The notes under the pieces were generated by a model, which saw only the letters and a list, made by a program, of their open reading frames with translations, searched no databases and was not told the origin of the DNA. The translations under genes were made by a program, and so were the position numbers. DNA of 64,000 nucleotides. Source: Macrostomum hystrix (taxonomy: Eukaryota; Animalia; Platyhelminthes). The DNA lies in NCBI GenBank assembly GCA_950097015.1, contig CATNEN010000011.1, forward strand, positions 1,922,001 through 1,986,000, written 5' to 3'. Below are positions 63,839 through 64,000 of the stretch, piece by piece. How positions within the stretch are numbered: the first letter of the stretch is position 1; the number at the start of each line of letters is the position of its first letter.

Positions 63839-64000
63839 TCCGTCTCCGTCTCGGATCTCTGTTTCTCTAAATCTTTCTGTTCTGTTCATTGGTGCGAGAT
63901 CAGCTACCTTGATAATTTTTGCTCATTTTTGGTTCTCGACTCTTGTTATCGCGTTTCCATCTGTTCTCATTCACTTACCCTTTTTTTGCTTCCCTGACCC

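Larger units (their letters stand above)
57537..64000 (+). mobile_element. BEL/Pao LTR retrotransposon (3' LTR beyond the window)
   Basis: LTR + PBS + single gag-pol ORF in BEL/Pao domain order. Confidence 0.93.

Overview
Eukaryotic, intron-rich animal DNA, most likely a free-living flatworm of the Macrostomum type. This is inferred from a spliced-leader-like sequence, GC-rich exons separated by minisatellite-filled introns, and TTAGGG-type repeats. Genes reconstructed by splicing exons by eye: a multi-exon protein with degenerate NDK-like repeats (DNAAF8/Daap1-like candidate, 5' end possibly outside the window); two divergent beta-tubulin genes encoding identical proteins; an NPY/NPF-receptor-like GPCR; BUD23; RNF34/RFFL; RPP30. 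The window ends in an intact BEL/Pao LTR retrotransposon whose 3' LTR lies beyond it. About 20 unrelated tandem-repeat arrays, tRNA-derived SINEs and two hAT-type MITEs fill the rest, and most long ORFs in the track are repeat artefacts. Top observation: the retrotransposon 5' LTR contains an ungapped 45-nt copy of the flatworm spliced leader (38/45 identity to the M. lignano SL as recalled from memory), hairpin-preserving and without the SL-RNA donor. Separately, RPP30 has no in-frame ATG of its own and would be in frame with the SL's terminal AUG.
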